A stretch of 40,484 bases of DNA from Nitrospinaceae bacterium (GTDB lineage Bacteria; Nitrospinota; Nitrospinia; Nitrospinales; VA-1), in contig JBHHVU010000026.1 in assembly GCA_046754465.1 (NCBI GenBank), forward strand, positions 1 to 40,484, given 5' to 3'. Below the pieces are notes generated by a model that saw nothing but the letters and a program-made list of their open reading frames with translations, did no database searches and was not told the origin of the DNA. Made by a program: the position numbers and the translations under genes. This document shows positions 19,572-28,477 of this stretch, in pieces; position 1 is the stretch's first letter, and each line of letters begins with the position of its first letter.

Positions 19572-20012
19572 ATGACTCAAACCGTCAAGCTCACGATTCC
19601 CAGCGATCCCAAATATCTTTGTCTCGCCAGAAAGGTTCAGCATCATCTGCTGGCGGGCCACGAGATTCCGGAGGAAATCATCCAACGGCTCGTACTTTGT
19701 GTCGATGAGGCTTGTTCCAATATTATCAAGTACAGCTATGAGGGGAATAAAGATCAGACCATAGAGATCTCTTACACGCTGAAGGGAGACTTCTTTGAGG
19801 TAAAAATTCGCGACTATGGCAAACAGTGCGATACAAAAAACTTCAAACCGCGGTCCCTCCAAAATGTGCAACCGGGGGGGTTGGGCACCTATTTTATAAA
19901 TGAAATCATGGATGAGGTCAGCTATTGCACCAACCGGGAGAGAGGAACCCTGCTCACGATGTGCAAGCATTTGAAAAATGAACTGACTTCCGCCGAGGAT
20001 CAATCAGGATAA
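19572..20012 (+). CDS. RsbW/SpoIIAB-like anti-sigma factor / Ser kinase (HATPase_c_2)
   Basis: L.IPSDP..L, LCVDEACSNIIKYSY, IRDYG and PGGLGTYFINEIMDEV motifs. Confidence 0.9.
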   Translation: MTQTVKLTIPSDPKYLCLARKVQHHLLAGHEIPEEIIQRLVLCVDEACSNIIKYSYEGNKDQTIEISYTLKGDFFEVKIRDYGKQCDTKNFKPRSLQNVQPGGLGTYFINEIMDEVSYCTNRERGTLLTMCKHLKNELTSAEDQSG

Positions 20013-20026
20013 AGCGAGAGAACCCC

Positions 20027-20368
20027 ATGGGTATAGAACTCCAATCCGATCAGGTGGCCAACGGCACCGTCACGGTCAAGATCAAGGGGGAAATCGATAT
20101 GAGCACCTCCTCCCAGGTCCGGGACTATCTGGGCCACTATTTCAAGGAGAACCAGAAAGTGGTCGTGGTAGACCTTTCGGATGTGTCTTATATTGACAGT
20201 TCGGGCATCGCCACCCTCGTCGAGGGCTTGCAGTGGAGTCATAGCTGCAAAAAGAAATTCCGCCTCACGGGTCTCAGCCCCATGGTCAAGGACGTGTTTG
20301 AAATCGCCCGCCTGTTGACCGTTTTTGATATTTACGATTCCAAGGAAGAAGCTATCGAAGGCGTTTGA
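20027..20368 (+). CDS. STAS-domain anti-sigma antagonist (RsbV/SpoIIAA-like)
   Basis: GEID, VVDLSDVSYIDSSGIATLV (phosphoacceptor Ser motif) and VKDVFEIARL...F. Confidence 0.92.
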   Translation: MGIELQSDQVANGTVTVKIKGEIDMSTSSQVRDYLGHYFKENQKVVVVDLSDVSYIDSSGIATLVEGLQWSHSCKKKFRLTGLSPMVKDVFEIARLLTVFDIYDSKEEAIEGV

Positions 20369-20496
20369 CTGGAATTTTAAGATTGAAAACTGATGCGTGA
20401 AGGCAGGATCCCCTCCCGAAAAAATAGCGGGCGGAAATCGTGGGCGTCAACACCTTCAGGCATGATTTTTCACACTTAAAAATGAAAAAATCTCAC

Positions 20497-20690
20497 GGCG
20501 GAGTTCCTCCGCAGGCAATTTGCCATGCGTTATATGCAGAACGGAGGCCTATTGGCGATTAAGCCATGACCCATTCCCCCCCGGGCTTGGCCCGGCGGCG
20601 AACCGCCGCGGGTAGTTTTGTCTTGCGTTATATGGCGGACCCAGATCGATAGGCGGTTTAGATTGACCCAACTCCTGTCCCTGGGAGGGG
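20497..20690 (-). repeat. Two diverged CATATAA hairpin repeat units (type A then type B)
   Basis: The reverse complement of 20628-20668 matches 24394-24434 at 39/41. The second unit retains ATGGGTCATGGC...GCCA, CATATAA and the hairpin GCGGAG-GAA-CTCCGC. Confidence 0.9.
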
Positions 20691-20693
20691 CTC

Positions 20694-21512
20694 ATGTTGA
20701 CAAACTTGTTTGGATATTTCGGAAGGAGCGCGAGCCGGGTCAAGTGCCGGGCCTTTGATTTTTTCAAGGAAATCAGCGGCCTGTACTACCTCACCCGCGC
20801 AACCTTTCGTTGCACGTTTATTGAGCCCTTCCGGGGGAAACCGAACAAGTGGGGTCCGGTCTGGACCCAGATGGAAGAGGTTGGGATCAAGTCCACGGGC
20901 ATTGTTTTTCTCGTGTCATTCCTGATCGGGGTGATACTGGCTTTTCAATCCGCTTATCAAATGTCCCGGCTGGGGGCGCTGGATTATGTGGGTGCCCTGG
21001 TGGGCGTTGCGGTGACCCGGGAACTCGGTCCATTGATGACGGCCCTGGTGATGGCCGGGCGCGTTGGCGCGGCCTTTACCGCCGAACTGGGGACGATGAA
21101 GGTTTCCGATGAGGTCCTGGCCCTCGAATCCATGGCGCTCGACCCGGTAAAATTCCTGATCACGCCCCGGTTTCTGGCTATCCTCATTATGCTGCCCTGC
21201 TTGACGATCATGGCGGATGTGATGGGAATTCTGGGAGGTTTTGTGGTGGGGACCGGCACGCTAGGAATCGATCACATTCCCTACATCAACCATTCCCTCG
21301 ACGCCATGAAGGTCAAGGATGTGACCACGGGACTGATCAAGAGCGGTGTGTTCGCTGTCATCATCGTCATGGTGGGCAGTTATATGGCGTTCATCATCGA
21401 GGGCGGCGCGGAAAAGGTCGGGAAGAACACCCGCGGCGCGGTGGTGGTTTCGATGATTCTTATTATCATCGCCGATTTGTTATTCACCTCGTTATTTTAT
21501 TTCTTAAGCTGA
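20694..21512 (+). CDS. mlaE: MlaE-family ABC transporter permease
   Basis: RELGPLMTALVMAGRVGAAFTAELGTMKV.DE..ALE.M, PR and GGAEKVG motifs. Confidence 0.92.
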   Translation: MLTNLFGYFGRSASRVKCRAFDFFKEISGLYYLTRATFRCTFIEPFRGKPNKWGPVWTQMEEVGIKSTGIVFLVSFLIGVILAFQSAYQMSRLGALDYVGALVGVAVTRELGPLMTALVMAGRVGAAFTAELGTMKVSDEVLALESMALDPVKFLITPRFLAILIMLPCLTIMADVMGILGGFVVGTGTLGIDHIPYINHSLDAMKVKDVTTGLIKSGVFAVIIVMVGSYMAFIIEGGAEKVGKNTRGAVVVSMILIIIADLLFTSLFYFLS

Positions 21513-22318
21513 TGATACAAATCAGGAACCTGAACAAGTCCTTTGGCGAGGGCGATAAAAAAATCGTCGTGCTCGAGAACTTCAACGCCGACTTCGAACG
21601 CGGAAAAATCACCTCGATCATCGGGGGAAGCGGCAGCGGCAAGACCACCGTGCTCAAACACCTGATCGGAGCCTATAAACCCGATTCCGGCCAAGTCATC
21701 ATCGACGGGGAAGACATCACCCAGCTCGATAATGAAGGCATGAACCGGGTGCGGAAAAAATTCGGTATCATGTTCCAAAGCGGCGCCCTCTTCAATTCGC
21801 TGACGGTGGAGGATAACGTGGCCCTGCCCTTGCGGGAGCATACCGACCTCAACGAAAGCACCATTGCCATCATGGTCAAAATGAAACTGGAAATGGTGGG
21901 ATTGCGGGGGGCGGAACATTTGAAACCCGCCCAGCTTTCTGGCGGCATGATCAAGCGGATTGCCCTCGCGCGGGCGATCGCCCTGGACCCGAAAATTGTT
22001 TTTTATGACGAGCCCTCCGCCGGACTGGACCCGATATCCATCGGTGTCATTGACAAACTCATCATGGACCTGAGCCGGAAAATGTGGATCACCTCGGTAG
22101 TGGTCACCCACGAAATTCCCAGCGCCATGCGAATTTCGGATAAGATTATCATGTTGTTTAAAGGTAAAATCATCGCTTCCGGGACACCGGAGGAGTTGAG
22201 GAACAGCACCGATTCGCGAGTCACCCAGTTCATCAAGGGCGATCCAGATGGTCCCATCCCCTTCAGCAAAAGCCAAAAGGATTATGGGGCGGAACTGATA
22301 GAAATGAGCGATTACTGA
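21512..22318 (+). CDS. mlaF: MlaF-family ABC ATP-binding protein
   Basis: GGSGSGKT, FQSGALFNSLTV, LSGGM and YDEPSAGLDP motifs. TGATG overlap with mlaE. Confidence 0.92.
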   Translation: MIQIRNLNKSFGEGDKKIVVLENFNADFERGKITSIIGGSGSGKTTVLKHLIGAYKPDSGQVIIDGEDITQLDNEGMNRVRKKFGIMFQSGALFNSLTVEDNVALPLREHTDLNESTIAIMVKMKLEMVGLRGAEHLKPAQLSGGMIKRIALARAIALDPKIVFYDEPSAGLDPISIGVIDKLIMDLSRKMWITSVVVTHEIPSAMRISDKIIMLFKGKIIASGTPEELRNSTDSRVTQFIKGDPDGPIPFSKSQKDYGAELIEMSDY

Positions 22319-22320
22319 TT

Positions 22321-23448
22321 ATGGATTACCGGTCTTCAGAAGTCAAAGCGGGAGGGTTCATCTTTCTGAGCCTGCTGGCTCTGATCGTCATGGTGTTTAT
22401 CCTGGGTGACGTGAAGGAGCATTTCAAGCCGAAAAAAAACGTACGCATCGTGTTTAATTTTACAGGAGGATTGGAAGTCGGTGCGCCGGTGCGCTACGCC
22501 GGGCTCCAGGTCGGCCGGGTTGCGAACATCCATCTTCTCCATTCGGGGAATAAAACCACGCGCGACCGCGTGACCGTGGTGACGGAAATCAGCCCCTCCA
22601 TCGATGTGAAGAAAAATTCCATCGTCAGTATTAAAAGCTCCGGGTTCATGGGAGGTCCCTACATAGAAATCATTCCGGGCACACCGGACTCCCCCCCGCT
22701 CAAGGAAGGCGAATCCCTCTACGGCGAGGACTCGTTTCAGTTTGCCCAGATAGGCGATATGATGGAAGAGGTGGTTCGGCAGGTGCGGCGGTTCACGCAA
22801 CTGGCCGACGATCTCACCTCCGATTCCAGAAATACCCTAAAGGCTTTCCAGAGTTCCCTGGATAATGTGAATTCGATCCTGCTGGACAATCGGGATGAGA
22901 TTCGGGGAAACCTGAGAAACCTGCTGAAAATTTCCCGACAGCTTTCCAACATCCTGGACAAAAACGGAGAGCAGATCCGGAGCACCATCCAGCATATCGC
23001 TTCCGTCGCCGAGAAATCCGACAAACTCTTTTCTGAAAAGGAAAAACGCTTGGCGCAGATTATTGACCAGACTCACCAATGGACCCAAGATTTGAAAGGT
23101 CTTCTCAAGGATAACCGCCAAGGCCTGACCCGGCTGATCGGAACCATGGAGACCGACGCGCAAAAGATCTCGACCAACCTTGGCTCGGCCACGGCCAGCC
23201 TGGAAAAAACACTTCATCAAAGCAGCGCCATCCTGGTCGAGAATCGGCGGAACCTTTATGAGCTGTTGAAAAACCTCAACGAGTCCTCGCGCAATTTGAA
23301 ATCGATCACCGAGGACATCAAGCTCAACCCCTGGAAACTGGTCCGCAAAACCCAGGAAAAAAGTGCGGAATCCAAGCAGGAATTGACCACGATCACCGCC
23401 CCGGGCGGAATCCGGATGAAACGCCTAGACAAGGTTTCGAGTAAATAA
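22321..23448 (+). CDS. mlaD: MlaD/MCE-domain protein with a long helical C-terminal region
   Basis: N-terminal TM, GLEVGAPVRYAGLQVGRV and GFMGGPYIEIIPG motifs, ~200 aa coiled-coil-like tail, then NPWKLV. Confidence 0.85.
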   Translation: MDYRSSEVKAGGFIFLSLLALIVMVFILGDVKEHFKPKKNVRIVFNFTGGLEVGAPVRYAGLQVGRVANIHLLHSGNKTTRDRVTVVTEISPSIDVKKNSIVSIKSSGFMGGPYIEIIPGTPDSPPLKEGESLYGEDSFQFAQIGDMMEEVVRQVRRFTQLADDLTSDSRNTLKAFQSSLDNVNSILLDNRDEIRGNLRNLLKISRQLSNILDKNGEQIRSTIQHIASVAEKSDKLFSEKEKRLAQIIDQTHQWTQDLKGLLKDNRQGLTRLIGTMETDAQKISTNLGSATASLEKTLHQSSAILVENRRNLYELLKNLNESSRNLKSITEDIKLNPWKLVRKTQEKSAESKQELTTITAPGGIRMKRLDKVSSK

Positions 23449-23449
23449 T

Positions 23450-24394
23450 ATGGAAAAAAGCATCACCCCTTGCCGACCCTTCTTCCTGACCCTGGCGCTG
23501 TTGTCCGTGTTGGGGTGGAGCGGCTGCATGAACCTGCCGCTTTCAGTCGAAAGCCATTTTAACCGGGGCGTGGAAAAGTATGACGAGGGCCGGTACGCCG
23601 ACGCCATCGAAGAGTATAAACTCGCCCTCCGGAAAAATCCGGATGATTTCTTTGCCAAGTACAACCTGGCGGTGGTGTACCAGGACCAGGGAAAAGAGGA
23701 AAAGGCAGAACAGCTTTATAATGAAATTCTTTCCCGCACCGAGGATACCAACAGCCGCATCAACCTTGCGGCGATTTATTATTTCCGGGGAGATCACGAT
23801 CAAGCGTTCCAGGAACTGAGAACCGCGGCGGAGAAGAACCGGGACAGTCCCGACCCGCTCGGCGCCCTGGGTGAATACCTGGAAGGACAGGAACAATACG
23901 AGGAAGCGGAGAAAAATTATTTGGCGGCCCTGGCCATAGACGATAAAGACGCTTTTACCCTTTTCCGGCTGGGACGCCTCTACTGCAAAATGGAAAAAGT
24001 CGGTCCCTGTATGGAAAATCTGCAAAAAGCCGTGGAACTGAATCCGCAAGAACCCGCGTTTCTGGAAACTCTGGCCAACGAACACGAAATGCTGGGCCAC
24101 CCTTATGAAGCCATCAACCTGCTTGAACGTGTCTCGGTCCTTCAACCGGACCAGGCGGAAATATTCACCCGGTTGGGCGATCTTTATAAATCGGAACAGC
24201 TTTACCAGGAAGCGGTCCAACGGTATTGGTCTGCCGCGGCTATTCGCGATAACAACCCGCACGTTCACCGGAGCCTGGCGGAGATTTTCGAGCGGTTGAC
24301 GCAAAGGGAACAAGAAGAACTGAAAAAAATGGAAGACCAAAACTCCCTCGCCCAATCCCCGCCGAGCCCCGCCCCCCACGGGGGAGGGAGATAG
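23450..24394 (+). CDS. TPR-repeat lipoprotein
   Basis: Lipobox (LSVLGWSGC) and successive TPR motifs. The last codons and the TAG lie within the repeat element. Confidence 0.85.
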   Translation: MEKSITPCRPFFLTLALLSVLGWSGCMNLPLSVESHFNRGVEKYDEGRYADAIEEYKLALRKNPDDFFAKYNLAVVYQDQGKEEKAEQLYNEILSRTEDTNSRINLAAIYYFRGDHDQAFQELRTAAEKNRDSPDPLGALGEYLEGQEQYEEAEKNYLAALAIDDKDAFTLFRLGRLYCKMEKVGPCMENLQKAVELNPQEPAFLETLANEHEMLGHPYEAINLLERVSVLQPDQAEIFTRLGDLYKSEQLYQEAVQRYWSAAAIRDNNPHVHRSLAEIFERLTQREQEELKKMEDQNSLAQSPPSPAPHGGGR

Positions 24395-24579
24395 GTCAAT
24401 CTAAACCGCCTATCGATCCGGGTCCGGCATATAAAGTATGACAATACCACCAGCGGCGGTTCGCCGCCCCCGCCACGCGGGGAGGGAGATAGGTCATGGC
24501 ATCATCCCCAGCTCACCTTGGTCCGCCATATAACACCCGTTCCAACTACCTGGGGAGGTACTCCCCGGTTCGCCGCCCC
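24368..24579 (+). repeat. Two CATATAA hairpin repeat units (type A then type B)
   Basis: 24421-24490 matches 19168-19237 at 69/70. Both units contain GGGAGATAGGTC...GTCCGSCATATAA and a terminal hairpin. Confidence 0.93.
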
Positions 24580-26115
24580 ATGCGTTCCCGATGGACCCTT
24601 ATGGTCCTTGGAATATTCAGTCTCCTCCTTTACTTCATCATGGCCCAGCTTTCCCGGCAGTTCAACTGGGGAGAGGGATATGCCGACCGGCCCATACTCA
24701 CCTATCTGGCGGTTTATTTCGGACTGTTTCTCCTGTACGCCATAGCCTGCGCGGTCATTTTGAAGGGCGGTGAGGACCGACTCACCTTCTGGGCCGTCAT
24801 CGGGCTGGGCCTGTTGTTTCGTGCCGTGATTCTTCCCGCGCATCAAATTCAGGAAGACGACATCTATCGGTATCTCTGGGACGGTAAAGTGTTCGCCCAC
24901 GGCATCAACCCGTATGAATACGCGCCGGCAGAGGTCAACGATTACCTTTCCTTCAAGGTCAAGGATCCGGAGAACTTGATGAGCCGGTATGATGCGCGGC
25001 AGCGGCAAGAACTGGCCCTGCTCAACCAGCTCAAATGGGAAAGCGGGCCAGGCCTCAAAACCCTGGAACGGGTGAACCATCCGGAAGTGCCCACCATCTA
25101 CCCCCCGATGGCGCAATTCGTTTTTCGCTTCGCCCACTTTATCCATCCCGACAGCATTATCACCATGCGTCTGGTGTTTTTGGGTTTTGATTTGATCGCC
25201 CTTGTATTTATCGTCCGCATCCTCTCCGCCCTAGGGGGAAACCGGAATTTCAGCCTGATCTATTTCTGGTCACCGCTCCTCATCAAGGAGACCTACAATT
25301 CCACCCACCTGGACATCATTGGGGTCGCCTTCCTTTGCGCCGCCATCTATTGCCTGATAGCGAACCGGCAAATTTTTGCAATGATTTTTCTGGCTTTCAG
25401 TTTCCTGGGAAAATTTTATTCCGGCGTGCTTTTCCCTCTCTTTCTTCACCACGCCGTGCGCCAGGGCAGAAAGAGAGGAAAGTCCGCCCCCGCGGCCTTG
25501 CTCGGCCAATCGCTTTTGTTTGGCGGAACCGTCCTCCTGTTTTATCTCCCATTCATTCGTTCCGGATCGAAAACTTTTGAAGGATTGAAGACGTTTTCCA
25601 CCTACTGGCAAAGCAACGACAGCCTGTTTTCGCTTCTGGTTTATTTTTTTGGTAATGTTCTGCGGCTGAACTCCTTGGATATCACGGTATTCTCCAACGG
25701 CCTGCCGACATTTTTGAGCAAGCTCATCGCCGCCCTGGTGGTGGTGGGCGTGATGGTATATCTGCTTGTCCGCAGGGCCCCGCCAACGGATTCCACCCGG
25801 GGAGAGGTCCAGAACATTTTCCTTCTCATGTGTCTGGTATTTCTTCTTAGTCCCGTGCAGAACCCCTGGTACCTTTGTTGGGTGCTTCCCTTTTTGTGTT
25901 TTTTCCCCTGGTGGTCGTGGATCTTGTTGACGGGACTGGAAGGGTTGTACTACCTGGATTTTTATTTCGATTACCAGGAAATTCAAAACTATTCCGTTTG
26001 GATACCGTGGCTGGAATACACGCCATTTTACATTCTTCTGTTCCTTGAACTTAACCGGAAAGGAATACTGCGCCGGAATTCCGTCCGTTCCCCTGCCGGT
26101 GGTACCCGGGTATGA
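24580..26115 (+). CDS. GT-C fold integral membrane glycosyltransferase (GT87/DUF2029-like)
   Basis: EDDIYRYLWDG...GINPY, HP..PTIYPP, HLD and PVQNPWY motifs with many TM helices. ATG 24580 is preferred because 24496 lies inside the repeat. Confidence 0.8.
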   Translation: MRSRWTLMVLGIFSLLLYFIMAQLSRQFNWGEGYADRPILTYLAVYFGLFLLYAIACAVILKGGEDRLTFWAVIGLGLLFRAVILPAHQIQEDDIYRYLWDGKVFAHGINPYEYAPAEVNDYLSFKVKDPENLMSRYDARQRQELALLNQLKWESGPGLKTLERVNHPEVPTIYPPMAQFVFRFAHFIHPDSIITMRLVFLGFDLIALVFIVRILSALGGNRNFSLIYFWSPLLIKETYNSTHLDIIGVAFLCAAIYCLIANRQIFAMIFLAFSFLGKFYSGVLFPLFLHHAVRQGRKRGKSAPAALLGQSLLFGGTVLLFYLPFIRSGSKTFEGLKTFSTYWQSNDSLFSLLVYFFGNVLRLNSLDITVFSNGLPTFLSKLIAALVVVGVMVYLLVRRAPPTDSTRGEVQNIFLLMCLVFLLSPVQNPWYLCWVLPFLCFFPWWSWILLTGLEGLYYLDFYFDYQEIQNYSVWIPWLEYTPFYILLFLELNRKGILRRNSVRSPAGGTRV

Positions 26116-26240
26116 TAGTATGAAACATTGAAGTCCTTTCCGGATGGGGTTTTCGCCTGTTCTCGCGTTTTAGCAGGGGGACACATGAAAATCGAACGGA
26201 GGGGGTTCCGGATTCAAGGGGACCCAAAGAGGAGAGAACC

Positions 26241-26750
26241 ATGGCCAACATCTCGGTCGCCAAGATAAAAGAACTGCTGAAGGAGGATTCCAAGCTGCAT
26301 TTGGCGGGAGCGGATTTGTCCGGACTCGACTTGTCCGGCCTGGATTTCAGTGGCACGACGCTGGTTCAAGCCAATCTCAGCAAGACATCGCTGGTGAAGA
26401 CGAAATTCACCAAAGCTTTTCTCACCGAATCCAATTTCCGGGATGCCGACATGGCTCAGGTGGATCTTTGCGAGGCTAATATGGCGAGAGCCGATTTTAC
26501 CCGGGCCGATATGAATAACGCGGCCCTGAGCCGGGCCGACCTGAGTTCCGCGATCCTGGCGGGGGCCAACCTGAAAAAGGCGAGCTTGACTTTCGCCAAA
26601 ATGGGCTATTCAGATCTGAGGAAGGCTAACCTGGAATCCGCCTCGCTGTTCGGAGCCGACCTGACCCACGCCGACCTGACCGGGGCCAGGATGAACGGGG
26701 CCAGCCTCACAAAAGCCAACCTCACGGGAACCAAGGGATATAAACTCTGA
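26241..26750 (+). CDS. Pentapeptide repeat protein
   Basis: Continuous A(D/N)LXX repeats. GAGGAG RBS upstream. Confidence 0.92.
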   Translation: MANISVAKIKELLKEDSKLHLAGADLSGLDLSGLDFSGTTLVQANLSKTSLVKTKFTKAFLTESNFRDADMAQVDLCEANMARADFTRADMNNAALSRADLSSAILAGANLKKASLTFAKMGYSDLRKANLESASLFGADLTHADLTGARMNGASLTKANLTGTKGYKL

Positions 26751-26797
26751 AAGACAACCCTTCCTTTCCCTCTGGGAGCGCCCGCAGGGTGACGGAT

Positions 26798-27553
26798 TCA
26801 GGAGAGGGTGCGTTTGCCTGAATAATTCCTCTCCCTCTGGCTGACCCCTTGGGGGGCGGGCTGCACCAGTTGGGTGAAGGATTGAACCGTTGGGGAGACC
26901 TGGTTCCCGTGCCGTCCCTGCCGGTCGATCAGAATCGCATCGATTCCCGCGTTGCGGGCTCCGGAAATATCCGTATGCGGTTCGTCGCCTATGTGACAAG
27001 CCTCGTTGGCTTTCACCCCGCTTCGCCGCAAGGCCTCCTGGAAAATTCTTGGATCCGGTTTGGCGGAACCCACCACCGTGGAAACCAGGATGAATTTGAA
27101 ATGCCGGGCCAGGCCCATGGCCTTCAATGTTTCCGGGAGACGCGAATCCCAATTGGAGATCACCCCAAGAACCACCCCACGGGTTTTGAGTCTGTTGAAA
27201 ATTTCCGAATCCGAAACATCCTCATACACCCGCCAGCAGGACTTTGTTCGGAACTCTTCATAGATGTGGTTGAAATAATCCTCGAAATTATCCAGGCCCC
27301 CGAAGGGTTGAAAAACCCGGAAGACCAGATCACGCCAGAATTTTTTTTCGATTTCGGTGCCCCGTTGGTTGCCCAGGGACTCAATGCCCCCAACCGCTTT
27401 CCATTGCCGGCGGAACTGATTGTCTACATCCCCGGCGGAACCGGCGAATCCGTATCGCCGGGCGTGAGCGGCGTAAACTTCTCCTACCGAGGGATGAACG
27501 CGAAGCAGGGTTCCCCCGACATCAAAAAATACGGCCTTGTATTTGGATAACAT
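26798..27553 (-). CDS. HAD-superfamily hydrolase (HDHD3/REG-2-like)
   Basis: FFDVGGTL, ISNWDSRL, KPDPRIF and HIGD...DI.GA motifs. Confidence 0.88.
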   Translation of the reverse strand: MLSKYKAVFFDVGGTLLRVHPSVGEVYAAHARRYGFAGSAGDVDNQFRRQWKAVGGIESLGNQRGTEIEKKFWRDLVFRVFQPFGGLDNFEDYFNHIYEEFRTKSCWRVYEDVSDSEIFNRLKTRGVVLGVISNWDSRLPETLKAMGLARHFKFILVSTVVGSAKPDPRIFQEALRRSGVKANEACHIGDEPHTDISGARNAGIDAILIDRQGRHGNQVSPTVQSFTQLVQPAPQGVSQRERNYSGKRTLS

Positions 27554-27618
27554 GGTTACCGCGTCACCGAAATCCAGGGTAGGGATTTGGGTTTTTTCAG
27601 GGTGCGTTGGATAAAATC

Positions 27619-28368
27619 TTAAACGTATTGTTGCCGATGGGATTCAAAAAAGGCGCGGGCCTGCTCGTAGTCTTCAGGGGTGTCGATCTCGAAACAGCCT
27701 TTTTCCGCGATGTCCCAAGGGTGCAGGTCCACCTCCCGGGCGAAATCGGTCAACGGAATTTCCCAAAGAGCTTTTTCATACCGGGATTCTTCCCGACTGT
27801 AAAGGGAAAGGAACCTGCCTTGGTCCTCTCCGGACAATTTGAAAAATCCGATCGCCTCGCCTCCAAATTGGAATCCGTTTTTTTCCTCCGCCGTGAAGCG
27901 GCGTTTGGTGATGAAGGCCTGAATGGTTCCGGAAGGTTTGAGTAATACCTTGCTCGCCTCTTCGTTGTCTATATCGACGGGCGCCAGAGCGAATGAGGAC
28001 GATGGGGAGCACTGGACAAAATTTTGAAAAACACCACGGGGATACAGAACATCTCCATCGAGAACCAGGACATCCCCCTCACAGCCCCTGAGTCCCATCA
28101 CCATCGACAACGTGTTTCCCGTCGTTAGATAGCGATCGTTGTCCACGAATTGGAGGGGAAGGCCGGGGTCCAGGTCACGGACGTAGGCTTTCACCTGCTC
28201 CTTGTTGTGGCCGAGAACGAGACGGACGTTTGCCACCTTCAATTCCTGGAGGCAGCAAAGGTGCCGGGACAGAAGGGTTTCGTTCCCAAAGGGTAACAGG
28301 CTTTTATGTGGAAGGTCCGGCCGGTTCAGCCGCGAACCGTAACCGGCGAGTAAAATGACAGCTTGCAT
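27619..28368 (-). CDS. NTP transferase (LicC/phosphocholine cytidylyltransferase-like)
   Basis: ILLAGYGSRL...KSLL, N..Y..TGN..S, LDGD and EIDTPEDY motifs. ATG 28368 is preceded by GAGGGA. Confidence 0.82.
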   Translation of the reverse strand: MQAVILLAGYGSRLNRPDLPHKSLLPFGNETLLSRHLCCLQELKVANVRLVLGHNKEQVKAYVRDLDPGLPLQFVDNDRYLTTGNTLSMVMGLRGCEGDVLVLDGDVLYPRGVFQNFVQCSPSSSFALAPVDIDNEEASKVLLKPSGTIQAFITKRRFTAEEKNGFQFGGEAIGFFKLSGEDQGRFLSLYSREESRYEKALWEIPLTDFAREVDLHPWDIAEKGCFEIDTPEDYEQARAFFESHRQQYV

Positions 28369-28381
28369 GATTCCCTCAAAA

Positions 28382-28477
28382 CCTCTCCCCACGGAGGAGG
28401 GGATAGGTCCATCTAAGTCGCCTATCGATCTGTGTCTGCCATATAAGTATGTCCTATGGCTTGCGGAGGCACTCCGC
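28382..28477 (+). repeat. Single diverged type-A CATATAA hairpin repeat unit
   Basis: CCCCACGGAGGAGGGGATAGGTCCATCTAAGTCGCCTATCGATCTGTGTCTGCCATATAA...GCGGAG-GCA-CTCCGC aligns with 24375-24467. Confidence 0.88.

Noticed and set aside
24496..24579. N-terminal extension of the glycosyltransferase
   Set aside because: It lies wholly in the repeat unit. ATG 24580 directly precedes the first TM segment. Use of the upstream ATG cannot be fully excluded, because it has a GGGAG in front.
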